The position numbers and the translations under genes were made by a program. The notes beneath the pieces were generated by a model. The model ran no database searches. It saw nothing but the letters and a program-made list of their open reading frames with translations, and was not told the DNA's origin. Of a stretch of DNA of 64,000 nucleotides, positions 11,208 to 22,517 are shown piece by piece. Source of the stretch: an uncultured Actinomycetota bacterium. GTDB taxonomy: Bacteria; Actinomycetota; Actinomycetes; Propionibacteriales; Nocardioidaceae. The stretch spans positions 127,604 to 191,603 of the forward strand of contig CAVULA010000008.1 of NCBI GenBank assembly GCA_963742195.1, in the 5' to 3' direction. Positions within the stretch are counted from its first letter, which is position 1. Each line of letters opens with the position of its first letter.

Positions 11208-12765
11208 TCGAGCTGCGCGGCCTCGGCTTCGGGTACGCCGACCGGCCGGTGCTCGCCGACGTCGACCTCGTGCTGGAGGAGGGCGAGCTGGTGGTGGTCT
11301 CCGGGCGGACCGGCGTCGGCAAGTCCACCCTCCTCGGGGTGGTGACGGGGCTCGTGCCGCGCTTCACCGGCGGCACCTTGTCCGGGGACGTCCTCATCGA
11401 CGGTCGCTCCGTCGTCCGCCAGCCGCCGCGCGAGCGCGCCCACCTCGTCGGGTACGTCGGCCAGGACCCCGCGGCGGGGTTCGTCACCGACACCGTCGAG
11501 GAGGAGCTCGCCTACGGCATGGAGCAGCTCGGTCTGGCCCCCGACACGATGCGCCGCCGGGTCGAGGAGACCCTCGACCTGCTCGGCATCGCCCACCTCC
11601 GGGCCCGCGACCTGCGGACCCTCTCCGGCGGCGAGCAGCAGCGGGTCGCGATCGGGTCCGTGCTGACCATGCACCCGCGCGTGCTGGTCCTCGACGAGCC
11701 GACCTCGGCGCTGGACCCCACGGCCGCCGAGGAGGTGCTCGCCACCCTCACCCGGCTGGTGCACGACCTGGGGCTCTCGGTGCTGGTGGCCGAGCACCGG
11801 CTCGAGCGCGTCGTGCCGTTCGCCGACCGGATGGTGCTCCTGACCGGGGACGGCCGGGTGCACACCGGACCGCCCGCCGAGGTGCTGGCCGTGTCACCCG
11901 TCGTACCCCCGATCGTCGAGCTCGGCCGGCGGCTGCGCTGGGACCCGCTGCCGGTCACGGTCCGCGACGCGCGTCGGCTGGCGCGCGGCCTCGACGTCGG
12001 AGACCCGCCGTCGCCGCCGCCCGAGGGGTACGCCGCACCGGTCGCGGTGGGCGAGGCGCTCACGGTGGTCCGGGGCGCGACGGTGGCGCTCAAGGACGCG
12101 AGCGTGCGGCTGGGCCCCGGCAGCGTGACCGCGCTGATGGGACGCAACGGCTCGGGCAAGTCGACGCTGCTGTGGACCCTCCAGGGCAGCCGCCAGCGGC
12201 ATGGCCGGGCGGGTGGCGGTCTCCGGCACCGACCCCGCCACCCAGCCGCCGGCGCTGCGCCGCGCGCTGGTCGGGCTGGTGCCGCAGACGGCGTCGGACC
12301 TGCTCTACCTGGAGACGGTCGCCGACGAGTGCGCCGCGGCCGACGGAGGGTCGGGTGAGGCGCGCACGCTGCTGGACCGGCTGGTGCCCGCGATCTCGCG
12401 ACCGGACGCATCCCCGGGACCTCTCGGAGGGACAGCGGCTGGCGCTGGCACTGGTGGTGGTGCTGGTGGGTGCGCCGCCGGTGCTCCTGCTGGACGAGCC
12501 GACGCGGGGGCTGGACTACCCGGCGAAGAGCGAGCTGGCCGCCATCCTGCGCCGGCTGGCCGAGGACGGTCATGCGGTGATGGTGGCGACCCACGACGTG
12601 GAGTTCGCCGCCGTCGCCGCGGACCGGGTGGTCGTGCTCGCGGAGGGCGAGGTCGTCTCCGACGGGCCGACCCGCAGCGTCCTGGCCGCTTCCCCGGCGT
12701 TCGCACCCCAGGTGACCAAGATCCTCGGTCCGGGCTGGCTCCGCGTCGACGAGGTGCCGCGATGA
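11204..12765 (+). CDS. ECF transporter duplicated ATPase, frameshifts near 12200 and 12400
   Basis: Two Walker A (GRTGVGKST, GRNGSGKST), LSGGEQQR and LSEGQR signatures, two LDEPT motifs. Confidence 0.9.
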
Positions 12766-13604
12766 GCCGGTACGCCGTACCCCTGGGGCGCCGGTCGGGC
12801 GTGATCCTCACCGTGGCCTCCGTGGCCGGGCTGATGATGCTGGTCTGGCCGTTGCTGGTCCGCAACCCCGACGGTGGGCAGATCGGGCCGCCGTTCGTCT
12901 TCCTGGCCCTGCTGCCGGTGGTGATCGTGGTCGTGCTGGCCGAGGTCACCGAAGGTGGTCTGGATCCGCGGGTGCTCGCCGTCCTCGGCGTGCTGTCGGC
13001 GGTGAACGCCGTGCTGCGCGGGCTGTCGCCGGGCACGGGGGGCGTGGAGCTGGTCTTCTTCGTGCTGATCCTGGCCGGACGGGTCTTCGGCCCCGGGTTC
13101 GGGTTCGTGCTCGGCTGCACCTCGCTGTTCGCCTCGGCGCTGCTCACCGGCGGGGTCGGGCCGTGGCTGCCGTTCCAGATGATGTGCTCGGCGTGGGTGG
13201 GGATGGGGGCAGGCCTGCTGCCGCGTCGCGTCACCGGCCGGGCCGAGATCCTCATGCTGGCGGCGTACGGCGTGGTGACGGCGTACGCCTTCGGGCTGCT
13301 GCTCAACCTCTCGTCGTGGCCGTTCGTGCTCGGCATCGCGGTGCCGGGGCACACCGGGCTGGCGTTCGTGCCGGGGGACCCGCCGGCGGTCAACCTGCAC
13401 CGGTTCCTGATCTACACCCTGATCACGTCGACCGGCTCCTTCGACACCGGCCGCGCGATCACCAACGCCGTCGCGATCGTCGTCCTCGGGCCCGCGGTCC
13501 TGACCACCCTGCGCCGCGCCGCCCGCCGCGTCGTCATCGTCGCCACCCTCCCGCACCCCGTCCCCGACGCTGACCCGGCTCGTGTCGATGTCGTACGGCG
13601 CTGA
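12762..13604 (+). CDS. ECF transporter S component (CbrT-like, probable cobalamin)
   Basis: GRVFGPGFGF and GGVGPWLPFQM motifs; riboswitch context. Confidence 0.8.
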   Translation: MSRYAVPLGRRSGVILTVASVAGLMMLVWPLLVRNPDGGQIGPPFVFLALLPVVIVVVLAEVTEGGLDPRVLAVLGVLSAVNAVLRGLSPGTGGVELVFFVLILAGRVFGPGFGFVLGCTSLFASALLTGGVGPWLPFQMMCSAWVGMGAGLLPRRVTGRAEILMLAAYGVVTAYAFGLLLNLSSWPFVLGIAVPGHTGLAFVPGDPPAVNLHRFLIYTLITSTGSFDTGRAITNAVAIVVLGPAVLTTLRRAARRVVIVATLPHPVPDADPARVDVVRR

Positions 13605-13624
13605 CCCGGCGCGGAGCGAAAGCG

Positions 13625-14479
13625 TCAGTCGGGAACCGGCGCGGTGAGCATCGACTCGGAACGCGTGGCGCCGACGCTCGCCACCACCACACAGCCCAGC
13701 GCCAGCCACTGCACCGGCGTCAGGAACTCGTGGACGACCACCATGCCGGCCAGCGCCGCGGCCGCCGGCTCGAGGCTCATCAGGATCCCGAACACCGAGG
13801 GCCGGATCGTGCGCAGGGCCGTGAGCTCGCACGAGTAGGGGATCACCGAGCTGAGCAGGCCGACCAGGGCCCCCGCCACCAGGACGTGCGGGGCGCTGAG
13901 CCCGCGGCCGGAGTCCAGCGCCAGCAACGGCGTGAGCATGATCGTCGCCACCACGCTGGCGACGGCCAGTCCGCCGAGCCCGGGCCAGCGGCGGCCGGTC
14001 GACGCGCTGAGCAGGATGTACGCCGCCCACGCGGCGGCCGCGAGCAGCGCGAAGCCGACGCCTGCCCAGGTCAGCTCCCCGTGCTCGAAGCCGAGGAGCG
14101 CGACCCCGATCGCGGCGAGCAGCGCCCACACCAGGTCACGCGGGCGGCGGCTGCCGACGACGGCGAGGGCGAGCGGCCCGAGGAACTCGATGGTCACCGC
14201 GATCCCGAGGGGGATCCGGGCGAAGGACTGGTAGATCGCCCAGTTCATGGTGCCGAGACTCACGCCGAAGGCGACCGCGACCCGCCAGTCGACCGGCGTA
14301 CGTCCGTGGAGGGCGGGCCGGGCGATCGCGGCGAGGATGACGGCGCTCGTCGCCAGCCGCAGCCAGACCAGGGTGGTCGGGTCGGCGTCGTCGAAGAGGT
14401 TCTTCGCGATGCCCGCCCCCAGCTGGACCGACAGGATGCCGACGACCACCAGCCACACCGGCGGGATCCTCGACAGCAC
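13625..14479 (-). CDS. EamA/RhtA-like drug-metabolite transporter
   Basis: SVQLGAGIAK, RIPLGIAVTIEFLGPL, FGILMSLEPA; about 10 TM segments. Confidence 0.9.
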   Translation of the reverse strand: MLSRIPPVWLVVVGILSVQLGAGIAKNLFDDADPTTLVWLRLATSAVILAAIARPALHGRTPVDWRVAVAFGVSLGTMNWAIYQSFARIPLGIAVTIEFLGPLALAVVGSRRPRDLVWALLAAIGVALLGFEHGELTWAGVGFALLAAAAWAAYILLSASTGRRWPGLGGLAVASVVATIMLTPLLALDSGRGLSAPHVLVAGALVGLLSSVIPYSCELTALRTIRPSVFGILMSLEPAAAALAGMVVVHEFLTPVQWLALGCVVVASVGATRSESMLTAPVPD

Positions 14480-14494
14480 CCCCGCAACCTACCC

Positions 14495-14524
14495 ACGCCG
14501 AGTCGTCACCTGCCGAGTCGGCGT
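14495..14524. repeat. Short REP-like palindromic element (CGCCGAGTCG family)
   Basis: acgccgagtcgtcacctgccgagtcggcgt; same core as the element at 37614-37710. Confidence 0.55.
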
Positions 14525-14549
14525 CATCGAGGCGTCGCGCAGCGCCGGG

Positions 14550-15092
14550 TCAGCGCACGACGTCGTACCAGAGGTTCGCGGTTTCGTGGGTGTGGGAGAG
14601 CTCGCGCGGGCGCAGCTCGACGGAGTGACCGCCGGGCCAGTCGAAGAGGCGGGTGCCGTCGCCGAGCAGCTCCGGCGCCACCAGCACCAGGACCTCGTCG
14701 AGCAGCCCGGCCGCGAGGCACTGGCGCGCGACGTCGGCGCCGAGCACGTTCACGTACCTGCCTCCGGCCGCCGCCCGAGCCGCTGCGACCCCGGTCTCCA
14801 GGTCCGTCACGAAGGTCGTGTCGGGCACCTCGGCCTCGGGCGGGTGATGGGTCAGCACGAACGACGGCCCGTGCCACTGGCCGCCGAACGCACCTTCGTG
14901 GTCGGTGCCGCGGTTGGGGTCGTCCCCGGCGAACGTCCGACGTCCGACCAGCAGGGAGCCGATGCGAGGCACCAGTCCCTCGGCGACGGGGTTCGGTCCG
15001 AGGTGCTTGGTCAACCACTGCATGTCGCCGTCCGGGCCGGCGATGAAGCCGTCGAGCGACATCGTGCACGAGTAGAGGGTCCTGCTGGTCAC
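14550..15092 (-). CDS. Dihydrofolate reductase/RibD C-terminal-domain family protein
   Basis: MSLDGFIAGP, LVGRRTF, GLLDE..VAPELLGDGTRLF. Confidence 0.88.
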   Translation of the reverse strand: MTSRTLYSCTMSLDGFIAGPDGDMQWLTKHLGPNPVAEGLVPRIGSLLVGRRTFAGDDPNRGTDHEGAFGGQWHGPSFVLTHHPPEAEVPDTTFVTDLETGVAAARAAAGGRYVNVLGADVARQCLAAGLLDEVLVLVAPELLGDGTRLFDWPGGHSVELRPRELSHTHETANLWYDVVR

Positions 15093-15674
15093 CGTTCCTC
15101 CGAGGGGGTCGCAACGGACAGTCGGTCGAGCGCCTTGCGCGTGTGCCGCGCCTCGGCGGCGAAGTAGTCCAGGCCCCAGTCGGCCACCACCGACGGGTAG
15201 TGGAACGCCTCACCGGGTCCGTCCGCGCCCCGCAGCGAGTCGCGCACCTCGAGCAGGTCGGACCGCGCGACCGCGAGCTCCGCGACGTACTCCTCGAGCA
15301 TGGCCCGGATCCGCTCCGGCTCGCCCACGTGCCCGATCAGCAGCCGCAGCAGCACGGTGTGCTTGAGCACCGGGAAGCCGACCCGGCCCTCGGTCATCCA
15401 GGCCTCCAGCTCCAGCCGACCGGCCTGCCGTGATCCGATACGTGGTGGTACGCCGGCCCTCGCCGCCGGAGGTGGTCGGCTCGACCAGCCCGCGGGCAGT
15501 CAGCCGCGTCAGCTCGGAGTAGACCTGGCTCATCGCCGGCGCGACCCAGTAGAAGCGCAGCGTGTTGTCGGCGCGCTGCTTGAGCTCGTACCCGGTCAGC
15601 TCGTCGCCGAAGGTGAGCAGCCCGAGAACGGCGTACGCAGTCGTCGGGAGGGCCGACGGCGGGTCTTGACTCAT
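15089..15674 (-). CDS. PadR-family transcriptional regulator, frameshift near 15425
   Basis: AVLGLL, TGYELK, SQVYSELTRL..GLV, YRIT winged-helix motifs. Confidence 0.85.
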
Positions 15675-15685
15675 GACCACACCAG

Positions 15686-15710
15686 ACTAGTGTTCCTAAT
15701 CGGAATAGTC
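15686..15710. promoter_or_regulatory. Putative PadR operator in the divergent promoter
   Basis: AT-rich imperfect inverted repeat TGTTCC-TAATC-GGAATA in a ~46-bp divergent gap. Confidence 0.4.
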
Positions 15711-15720
15711 AGCAGGAGGG

Positions 15721-16815
15721 ATGGTCATGGCCGACACGTTGGTGATGGTGGGGACCCGCAAGGGTCTGTGGATCGGACGCTCCGACGAGGCGCGGCGGGA
15801 CTGGTCCTGGACCGGGCCGCACTTCGCCATGGAGGAGGTCTACTCCTGCCTGGTCGACACCCGCGGCGACCGGCCCCGGCTGCTCGCCGGCGCGAGCTCG
15901 AGCTGGCTCGGGCCCCAGGTCTGGCGCTCCGACGACCTCGGCGAGTCCTGGCAGGAGACGCCGAACGGCGCCGTCCGCTTCCCGGAGGACACCGGCGAGG
16001 CCGTCGCCCGCGTCTGGCAGCTGACGCCGGGCGCCGAGGACGGTGTGGTGTACGCCGGCACCGAGCCCGGCGCGATCTTCCGCTCCACCGACCGTGGCGA
16101 GACCTTCGAGCTCGAGCGCGCCCTGTGGGACAACCCCCAGCGCAAGGAGTGGAACGCCGGCTACGGCGGCCAGGCCTTCCACACGATCCTGCCCCACCCC
16201 GAGGACCCGCAGCGGGTGCTCGCCGCGATCTCGACCGGCGGCGTCTACCGCACCGATGACGGCGGAGGGTCGTGGTACCCCTCCAACACCGGGGTGAAGG
16301 CGGAGTTCATGCCCGGCGAGCGGAGCTTCCCCGAGTTCGGGCAGTGCGTGCACAAGGTGACGCGGCACCCGGCTCGCCCCGACCGCCTCTACCTGCAGAA
16401 CCACGGCGGCGTCTACCGCTCCGACGACGGCGGCGACACCTGGGAGGACATCGCGCCCGGGCTCCCCTCGGAGTTCGGCTTCCCGATCGTGGTCCATCCC
16501 CACGATCCCGAGACGGTCTTCGCGTTCCCGATCGTCGATGCCGGCGCCCGCTGGCCGGTCGACGGGCGGGCCCGGGTGTGGCGCTCGCAGGACGGCGGCT
16601 CCCACTGGGAGCCGCTCGGTGACGGCTCGCTGCCCGACCAGTACTTCGTCGCGGTGATGCGCGACGCGATGTGCGTCGACTCGCACGAGACGCCGGGCAT
16701 CTACTTCGGCGGCCGCAACGGCGGCGTCTGGGCCTCGCCCGACGAGGGACGGACGTGGACCGAGATCCACAAGGACCTGCCCGACGTCTGCGTGGTGCGG
16801 GCCGCCGTCATCTGA
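15721..16815 (+). CDS. BNR/Asp-box beta-propeller protein (sialidase-like, cytoplasmic)
   Basis: Repeated SxDxGxxW Asp-boxes; VGTRKGLW, QCVHK, QNHGGVYRSDD. Confidence 0.85.
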   Translation: MVMADTLVMVGTRKGLWIGRSDEARRDWSWTGPHFAMEEVYSCLVDTRGDRPRLLAGASSSWLGPQVWRSDDLGESWQETPNGAVRFPEDTGEAVARVWQLTPGAEDGVVYAGTEPGAIFRSTDRGETFELERALWDNPQRKEWNAGYGGQAFHTILPHPEDPQRVLAAISTGGVYRTDDGGGSWYPSNTGVKAEFMPGERSFPEFGQCVHKVTRHPARPDRLYLQNHGGVYRSDDGGDTWEDIAPGLPSEFGFPIVVHPHDPETVFAFPIVDAGARWPVDGRARVWRSQDGGSHWEPLGDGSLPDQYFVAVMRDAMCVDSHETPGIYFGGRNGGVWASPDEGRTWTEIHKDLPDVCVVRAAVI

Positions 16816-16860
16816 GCCGGCGTACGTCGGCGGGCGTGCTCGGCCGCCGCTCGGTCACTG

Positions 16861-16946
16861 CTTCACCATGTTATGTAGGCGAACCTCCGCTTCTCATGGC
16901 GAGCTCACCATGAGAAGCGGAGGTTCGACACCTTCACATGATGAAG
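16861..16946. repeat. Long palindromic intergenic element
   Basis: Perfect 20-bp arms CGAACCTCCGCTTCTCATGG (16880-16899) and 16908-16927, with imperfect outer extension. Confidence 0.85.
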
Positions 16947-17007
16947 CCGGTGAAAGCGGGATGAGACCGGACCCGTCCTGCGCGCCGCGCGGAAGTAGGC
17001 TCCCGGC

Positions 17008-18688
17008 ATGACCACGCCGGACCTCAAGCCCCGCTCGCGCGACGTCACCGACGGCCTCGAGAAGGCGGCCGCGCGGGGCATGCTGCGCGCGGTCGGGATG
17101 GGCGACGACGACTTCGCGAAGCCGCAGATCGGCGTGGCCTCGAGCTGGAACGAGATCACCCCCTGCAACCTCTCGCTCGACCGGCTCGCCAAGGCCGTGA
17201 AGAACGGCGTGCACGCGGCGGGCGGCTACCCGCTGGAGTTCGGCACGATCTCGGTCTCCGACGGCATCGCGATGGGCCACGAGGGGATGCACTTCTCACT
17301 GGTCAGCCGCGAGGTGATCGCGGACTCGGTGGAGACCGTGATGATGGCCGAGCGCCTGGACGGCTCGGTGCTGCTGGCCGGCTGCGACAAGAGCCTGCCC
17401 GGGATGATGATGGCCGCCGCGCGCCTCGACCTGGCCAGCGTCTTCCTGTACGCCGGCTCGATCATGCCCGGGCAGGTCGACGGCCACGACGTCACGATCA
17501 TCGACGCCTTCGAGGCGGTCGGCGCCTGCCTGGCCGGGAAGATCACCCGCGCGGAGGTCGACCGGATCGAGCGCGCGATCTGCCCGGGCGAGGGCGCCTG
17601 CGGCGGCATGTACACCGCCAACACCATGGCCGCCGTCGCCGAGGCGATCGGGATGAGCCTGCCCGGCTCGGCCGCCCCGCCCGCGGTCGACCGGCGACGC
17701 GACGGCTTCGCCCACCGCTCCGGCGAGGCGGTGGTCAACCTGCTCCGCGAGGGCATCACCGCGCGCCAGATCATGACGATGGAGGCCTTCGAGAACGCGA
17801 TCACCGTCGTGATGGCGCTCGGCGGCTCCACGAACGCCGTCCTGCATCTCCTCGCGATGGCCCGCGAGGCCGACGTCGACCTCACCATCGACGACTTCAA
17901 CCGGATCGGCGACAAGGTCCCGCACCTCGGCGACCTGAAGCCGTTCGGCCGCTACGTGATGAACGACGTCGACAAGGTCGGCGGCATCCCGGTCGTGATG
18001 AAGGCCCTGCTCGACGCCGGGCTGATGCACGGCGACGTGCTGACCGTGACCGGGCGGACGATGGCCGAGAACCTCGAGGCGCTCGCGCCGCCCGGCCTCG
18101 ACGACGACGTCCTCCGCTCGCTCGACCGGCCGATCCACCGGACCGGTGGCCTCACGATCCTCAAGGGCTCCCTGGCTCCCGAGGGCGCCGTGGTGAAGTC
18201 CGCGGGCTTCGACGACTCGACGTTCACCGGCACGGCGCGGGTCTTCGACGGCGAGCGCGCCGCGATGGACGCGCTCGAGGACGGTGCGATCACGGCCGGC
18301 GACGTCGTGGTCATCCGCTACGAGGGCCCCAAGGGCGGCCCCGGCATGCGCGAGATGCTCGCGATCACCGGCGCCATCAAGGGCGCCGGGCTCGGCAAGG
18401 ACGTGCTGCTGATCACCGACGGCCGCTTCTCCGGGAGGTACGACCGGGCTCTGCGTCGGCCACATCGCCCCGGAGGCCGTCGACGGCGGCCCGATCGCGT
18501 TCGTCCGCGACGGCGACCCGATCACGCTGGACGTGGCCAACCGCTCCCTCGACGTCGACGTCGACGAGGCGGCGTGGGAGTCGCGCAAGGACGGCTGGGA
18601 GCCGCTGCCACCGAAGTACACCCGCGGCGTGCTCGGCAAGTACGCCAAGGTCGTGCAGTCCGCCGCGCACGGCGCCGTCTGCGGCTGA
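17008..18688 (+). CDS. ilvD: Dihydroxy-acid dehydratase, frameshift near 18435
   Basis: [53 protein letters not shown]. Confidence 0.97.
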
Positions 18689-18695
18689 CCCGTCG

Positions 18696-19161
18696 CTACG
18701 GGATCCGGCTCACCGTGTCGATCGTGGTGCGGGCCAGCGACGGGAGCATGTGCATCTCCTCCGCCTGCCACCGCTCGGGAGACCAGGTCGGTGGGGTAGA
18801 CCACGACGGAGCCGTCGCTGCGAGGCCGGTGCAGGGCGATGTCCGGCCCCGTCTGGTCGGTGGCCACGGCCCACTCCAGGTCGGTGTGGTCCGCGACGTA
18901 CTGCCCGAAGGCGAGCCCGATCTGGTTCACGACTCCGGCAGGGTCGGGCCGGTCCGGCTCGCGCAGGCGGAGCCACTCGGTCAGCAGCTCGTCGAAGTGG
19001 CGACCCAGGTCGTCGATGTCACCCACCCGGACGTCCTGCTCGGTGAGGCCGGCGATGGTCGTCCGGACCCACACCACCTCGTCCTCGGTGAGCGGCTCGA
19101 TCTCGGGCGCCGCCACCGGCGTCGCGGGCTCGCCAGGGGAGGACTTCTTGAACCACGGCAT
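18696..19161 (-). CDS. DUF3806-like protein, frameshift near 18780
   Basis: [24 protein letters not shown] pattern. Confidence 0.6.
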
Positions 19162-19223
19162 GTTCGCTCACGGTAGCCACCGGCGGCGGCTGTGACCCCG
19201 ATTTCGGCCGAGCAACACCCGGG

Positions 19224-20277
19224 TCAGTCGTAGTCGGCCCAGACCCGACGCTCGGCTCCGTCGACGGTGAGACGTGCCGCCGTACGGCAGGATCCAGTGC
19301 GGCTTGGTGTGGCCGAACGGGACGCCGACGACCACGACGGCGTCGGGGTTGTAGCGCTCCAGGACGCTGAGCACGACGTCTCGCTGCTCGGCTCGCGCCG
19401 TGGCCCGCTGGGCGGCGCTCGGCACGAGCTCCAGGGTCGACGTCGGAGGCCGCGACACCACGACCGCGTCCACGGCGCCGAGGAGCCCGCGCTCGCCGAG
19501 GGAGCGCACGATGTAGCCGATCTCCTGCGCGGGGGTCAGGTCCTCCGACGCCTCGAGCAGCAGGACGCCACCCTCGAGCACGCCGGGGTCGCTCGGGGAA
19601 GCGCCCTGCGGTGAGGATCCACGGGAGGACCTCGAGGCAGCCGCCCCAGGTGGGGCCGGTCACCGCGCGGGCGGGTCCGGCCCAGGTCCAGGGATCGGTG
19701 GGCTCGCCGGGCGCCGTACGTCGTGAGGGCTGCCGGGTCCTCCCAGGGCAGCCCGACGTCCTCCGACTCCCCGGGTTCGGTGATCTCCAGGCGACCGCCG
19801 GTCAGCAGCGCGGCCCGCAGCGAGGCGGCATGGATCTCGTCGACGGCGGGCCCCGGCCCGAGGTGGACCTGGGTGGAGCCGCCGTGGAACGACGCGACGC
19901 CGTTGCCCCAGAGCCAGCTCAGCAGGTTCGTGTTGTCGCTGTAGCCCAGGAACGGCTTGGGATCGCGCGCGGACCAGGTCCGGGTCGAGGTGGGGGATCA
20001 CGGTGATCTGGTCGTCACCGCCGATGGTCGCCAGCACGGCTCGGATCTGCGGGTCGCCGAACGCCGCGTTGAGGTCCGCGGCCCGATCCCTGGCCGACGC
20101 ATCGAGGCGACGCGTGGTCGGGTACTCGACCGGGACCAGGCCGGTCACCTCCGTCAGGCGCCGCAGGGCCTGCTCGTGCACGGCCGGCGCGACCGCGGGG
20201 GCCGCGAACGACGGCGACAGCACGGCCACCCGGTCGCCCGGCACGGCCTTGGCGGGGCGGAGGAGGTCCTGGCTCAT
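19224..20277 (-). CDS. S66 peptidase (LD-carboxypeptidase/MccF-like), several frameshifts
   Basis: GDRVAVLSPS, RAADLNAAF, TIGGDD, FLGYSD, WGGCLE, FGHT. Confidence 0.85.
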
Positions 20278-20361
20278 CCGGCCAGTCAACCCTGGATCGT
20301 CGGTCGTGTGCTCGGCGACGCGGGCACCGGGGCCGATCCAGCACACGAGTGGCACGATGCC

Positions 20362-21719
20362 TCAGACGGACGCGGCCGCCCGGCGCAGGGCCTCGAGCGA
20401 ACGCCGTACGTCGTCCTCGGTGGTGCTCCAGTTGCTCACCGAGATCCGCACGATGGCCCGGTCGTGCCAGCGGGAGCCGGACATCCAGGTCGTGCCGTCG
20501 GCGAGCAGCGCGGCGGCGACGGCGCGGGTACGGTCGTCGTCGCCGAAGGCCAGGCAGACCTGGGTGAACACCACGTCGTTGAGCACCTCGACCCCGGGGA
20601 TCTCGGCGGCACCCTCCGCGAACGCTCGGGCATGGGCGGCCAGTCCCTCGACCATCGCGACCACCCCGCTGCGACCCAGGCTGCGCAGCGCCGCCCACGT
20701 GGCGAACCCGCGGCCGCGTCGCGAGAGCTCGGGGACCCGCTCCTGCGGGTCGCCGGACGCCTCGATCAGGTAGTCGCCGTGCATGGCCATCGACGAGGCC
20801 AGCGCGTCGCGGTCGCGGACGATCACCAGCCCGCAGTCATAGGGCACGTTGAGCGTCTTGTGCGCGTCGGTGGCCCACGAGTCGGCCTCGGCCAGCCCGC
20901 GTACGTCGTCGGCCCAGCGCGGCGAGGCGGCCGCCCAGAGCCCGAACGCGCCGTCCACGTGCACCCAGGCGCCGTGCTCGCGAGCGGCCGCGACGCAGTC
21001 CGCGAACGGGTCGAAGTCACCGGAGTGGATGTTGCCCGCCTGGAGCACGACGACGGTCGGCCCGTCGCTCTGCGCGAGGGCGGCGGCGAGTGCGTCGGGG
21101 ACGGATCCGGCCCTGCGCGTCGACGGGTACGACGTCCGGCTCGCCGAGGCCGAGGAACCGCAGCGGCAGGTCGACCGACGGATGTCGCTCGGCGCCGACC
21201 AGCACGCGGACCCTCGGGCCGCCGGAGAGACCCTGCCGGATGTCGTGGCCGGCAGCCAGGAGCAGGGTGTCGCGGGCTGCGGCGAGACAGGTGAAGTTGG
21301 CCATCGTCGCGCCGGTCCCGAAGCCGACCGCGCTCTCGGGCGGAAGGCCCAGCAGGTCCAGGATCCAGGCTCCCGCCACCTCCTCCACGGCGGCCGAGGC
21401 CGGGGTGAGGGCGCGGAGCCCGGTGTTCTGGTCCCACGCCGAGGTCAGCCAGTCGGCGCCGAGCGCAGCGGGAAGCGCGCCGCCGATGACCATCCCGAAG
21501 AAGCGGCCGGACGGGATCGCGACCAGTCCGGGCTCGCACGCCTCCGCCAGCAGGTCGACGACCTCGGCTGCCGGCGTCGGCCCGTCGGGCAGGTCGCCGA
21601 GCCGGCGTACGACCTCGTCGGCGTCCGCTCGACGGCGGCACCGGGCGCTCGTCGAGCGACGCCAGCCAGGCCTCGGCATGTCGGTGCGCCCGCTCCAGTG
21701 CTGCCCCTCGCTGCTCCAT
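20362..21719 (-). CDS. Group II PLP-dependent (aromatic amino acid-type) decarboxylase, frameshifted
   Basis: SGRFFGMVIGG, WDQN, GATMAN, WVHVDGAFG and DAHKTLNVPYDCG (PLP lysine). Confidence 0.88.
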
Positions 21720-21811
21720 CCGCCCATCCTGGCCGCCCCGGTGGCGCGCGTCGACAGCACCGGTCCTCCACCGAGTGCTGGACGTCGGAGCAGGCCCGCG
21801 CGTGAGCTTCG

Positions 21812-22460
21812 TCAGCCGCCCGTGGCCGGCGCCGGGCGCGCTCGCCGGTCGTACTCCCGCATCGCGGCGAAGAGGGCGAAGAAGAGCACGAAGATGCCGA
21901 GGCAGACCACCACCACGTGGTCCCAGCCGTGCTCGCGGTGGTCGAGGAACGGGTAGGGGTACCAGCCGGTGAGGGCTCCCGACACCAGCATCAGGACGAG
22001 CCAGCCGACCGGCCACCCGGCCGCCCGCAGGCACGCGGGCCAGTCGACCCTCGGGCGGGGTCCGAAGAGGAGCCAGCCCACGACGGCCAGCAGGGGGACC
22101 GCGAGGTGGAGGAGCTTGTCCGCGACCAGGTCGGCGCCGTCGAGGTGCAGCAGCGGTCGCAGCAGGAACCAGTGCACGAGGCCGGTGACCGTGATGCCGC
22201 TGACGGCGGCGATGCGCACCACCCGCCACCGCGCGACCGTCGTACGCCGGGTCCCGGGCGAGCCGCGCGGTCGTGACCAGGACGAGGATGTTGCTCTCCA
22301 CGGTGAAGTAGGCGACGAACCGGAGCAGCCGCTGCAGCAGGTTCGGCGGGTCGTGGTCGACGAGGATCGCGTCGCCGTTGACGACGAGGACCAGCTGGAG
22401 CAGGAGCGCGGCCGACGCCACGACAGCCGTGAGGAGATGCCAGGCACGGGCGGCGGTCAC
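21812..22460 (-). CDS. Pr6Pr-family (FAR-17a/AIG1-like) membrane protein, frameshift near 22235
   Basis: YFTVESN, VTGLVH..LL, LLH..VP and WYPYPFLD motifs. Confidence 0.75.
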
Positions 22461-22517
22461 GTCGCGAGCGTAGTGCCGGGGGTGCCCGGGCTCCGGAGGG
22501 TGCGCGAGACTGGCCGC

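Noticed and set aside
10106-13604. Apparent T-ATPase and ATPase-S component fusions
   Set aside because: Overlapping TGATG, GTGA and ATGA junctions show separate genes; the joins are out-of-frame Arg/Pro-rich artefacts
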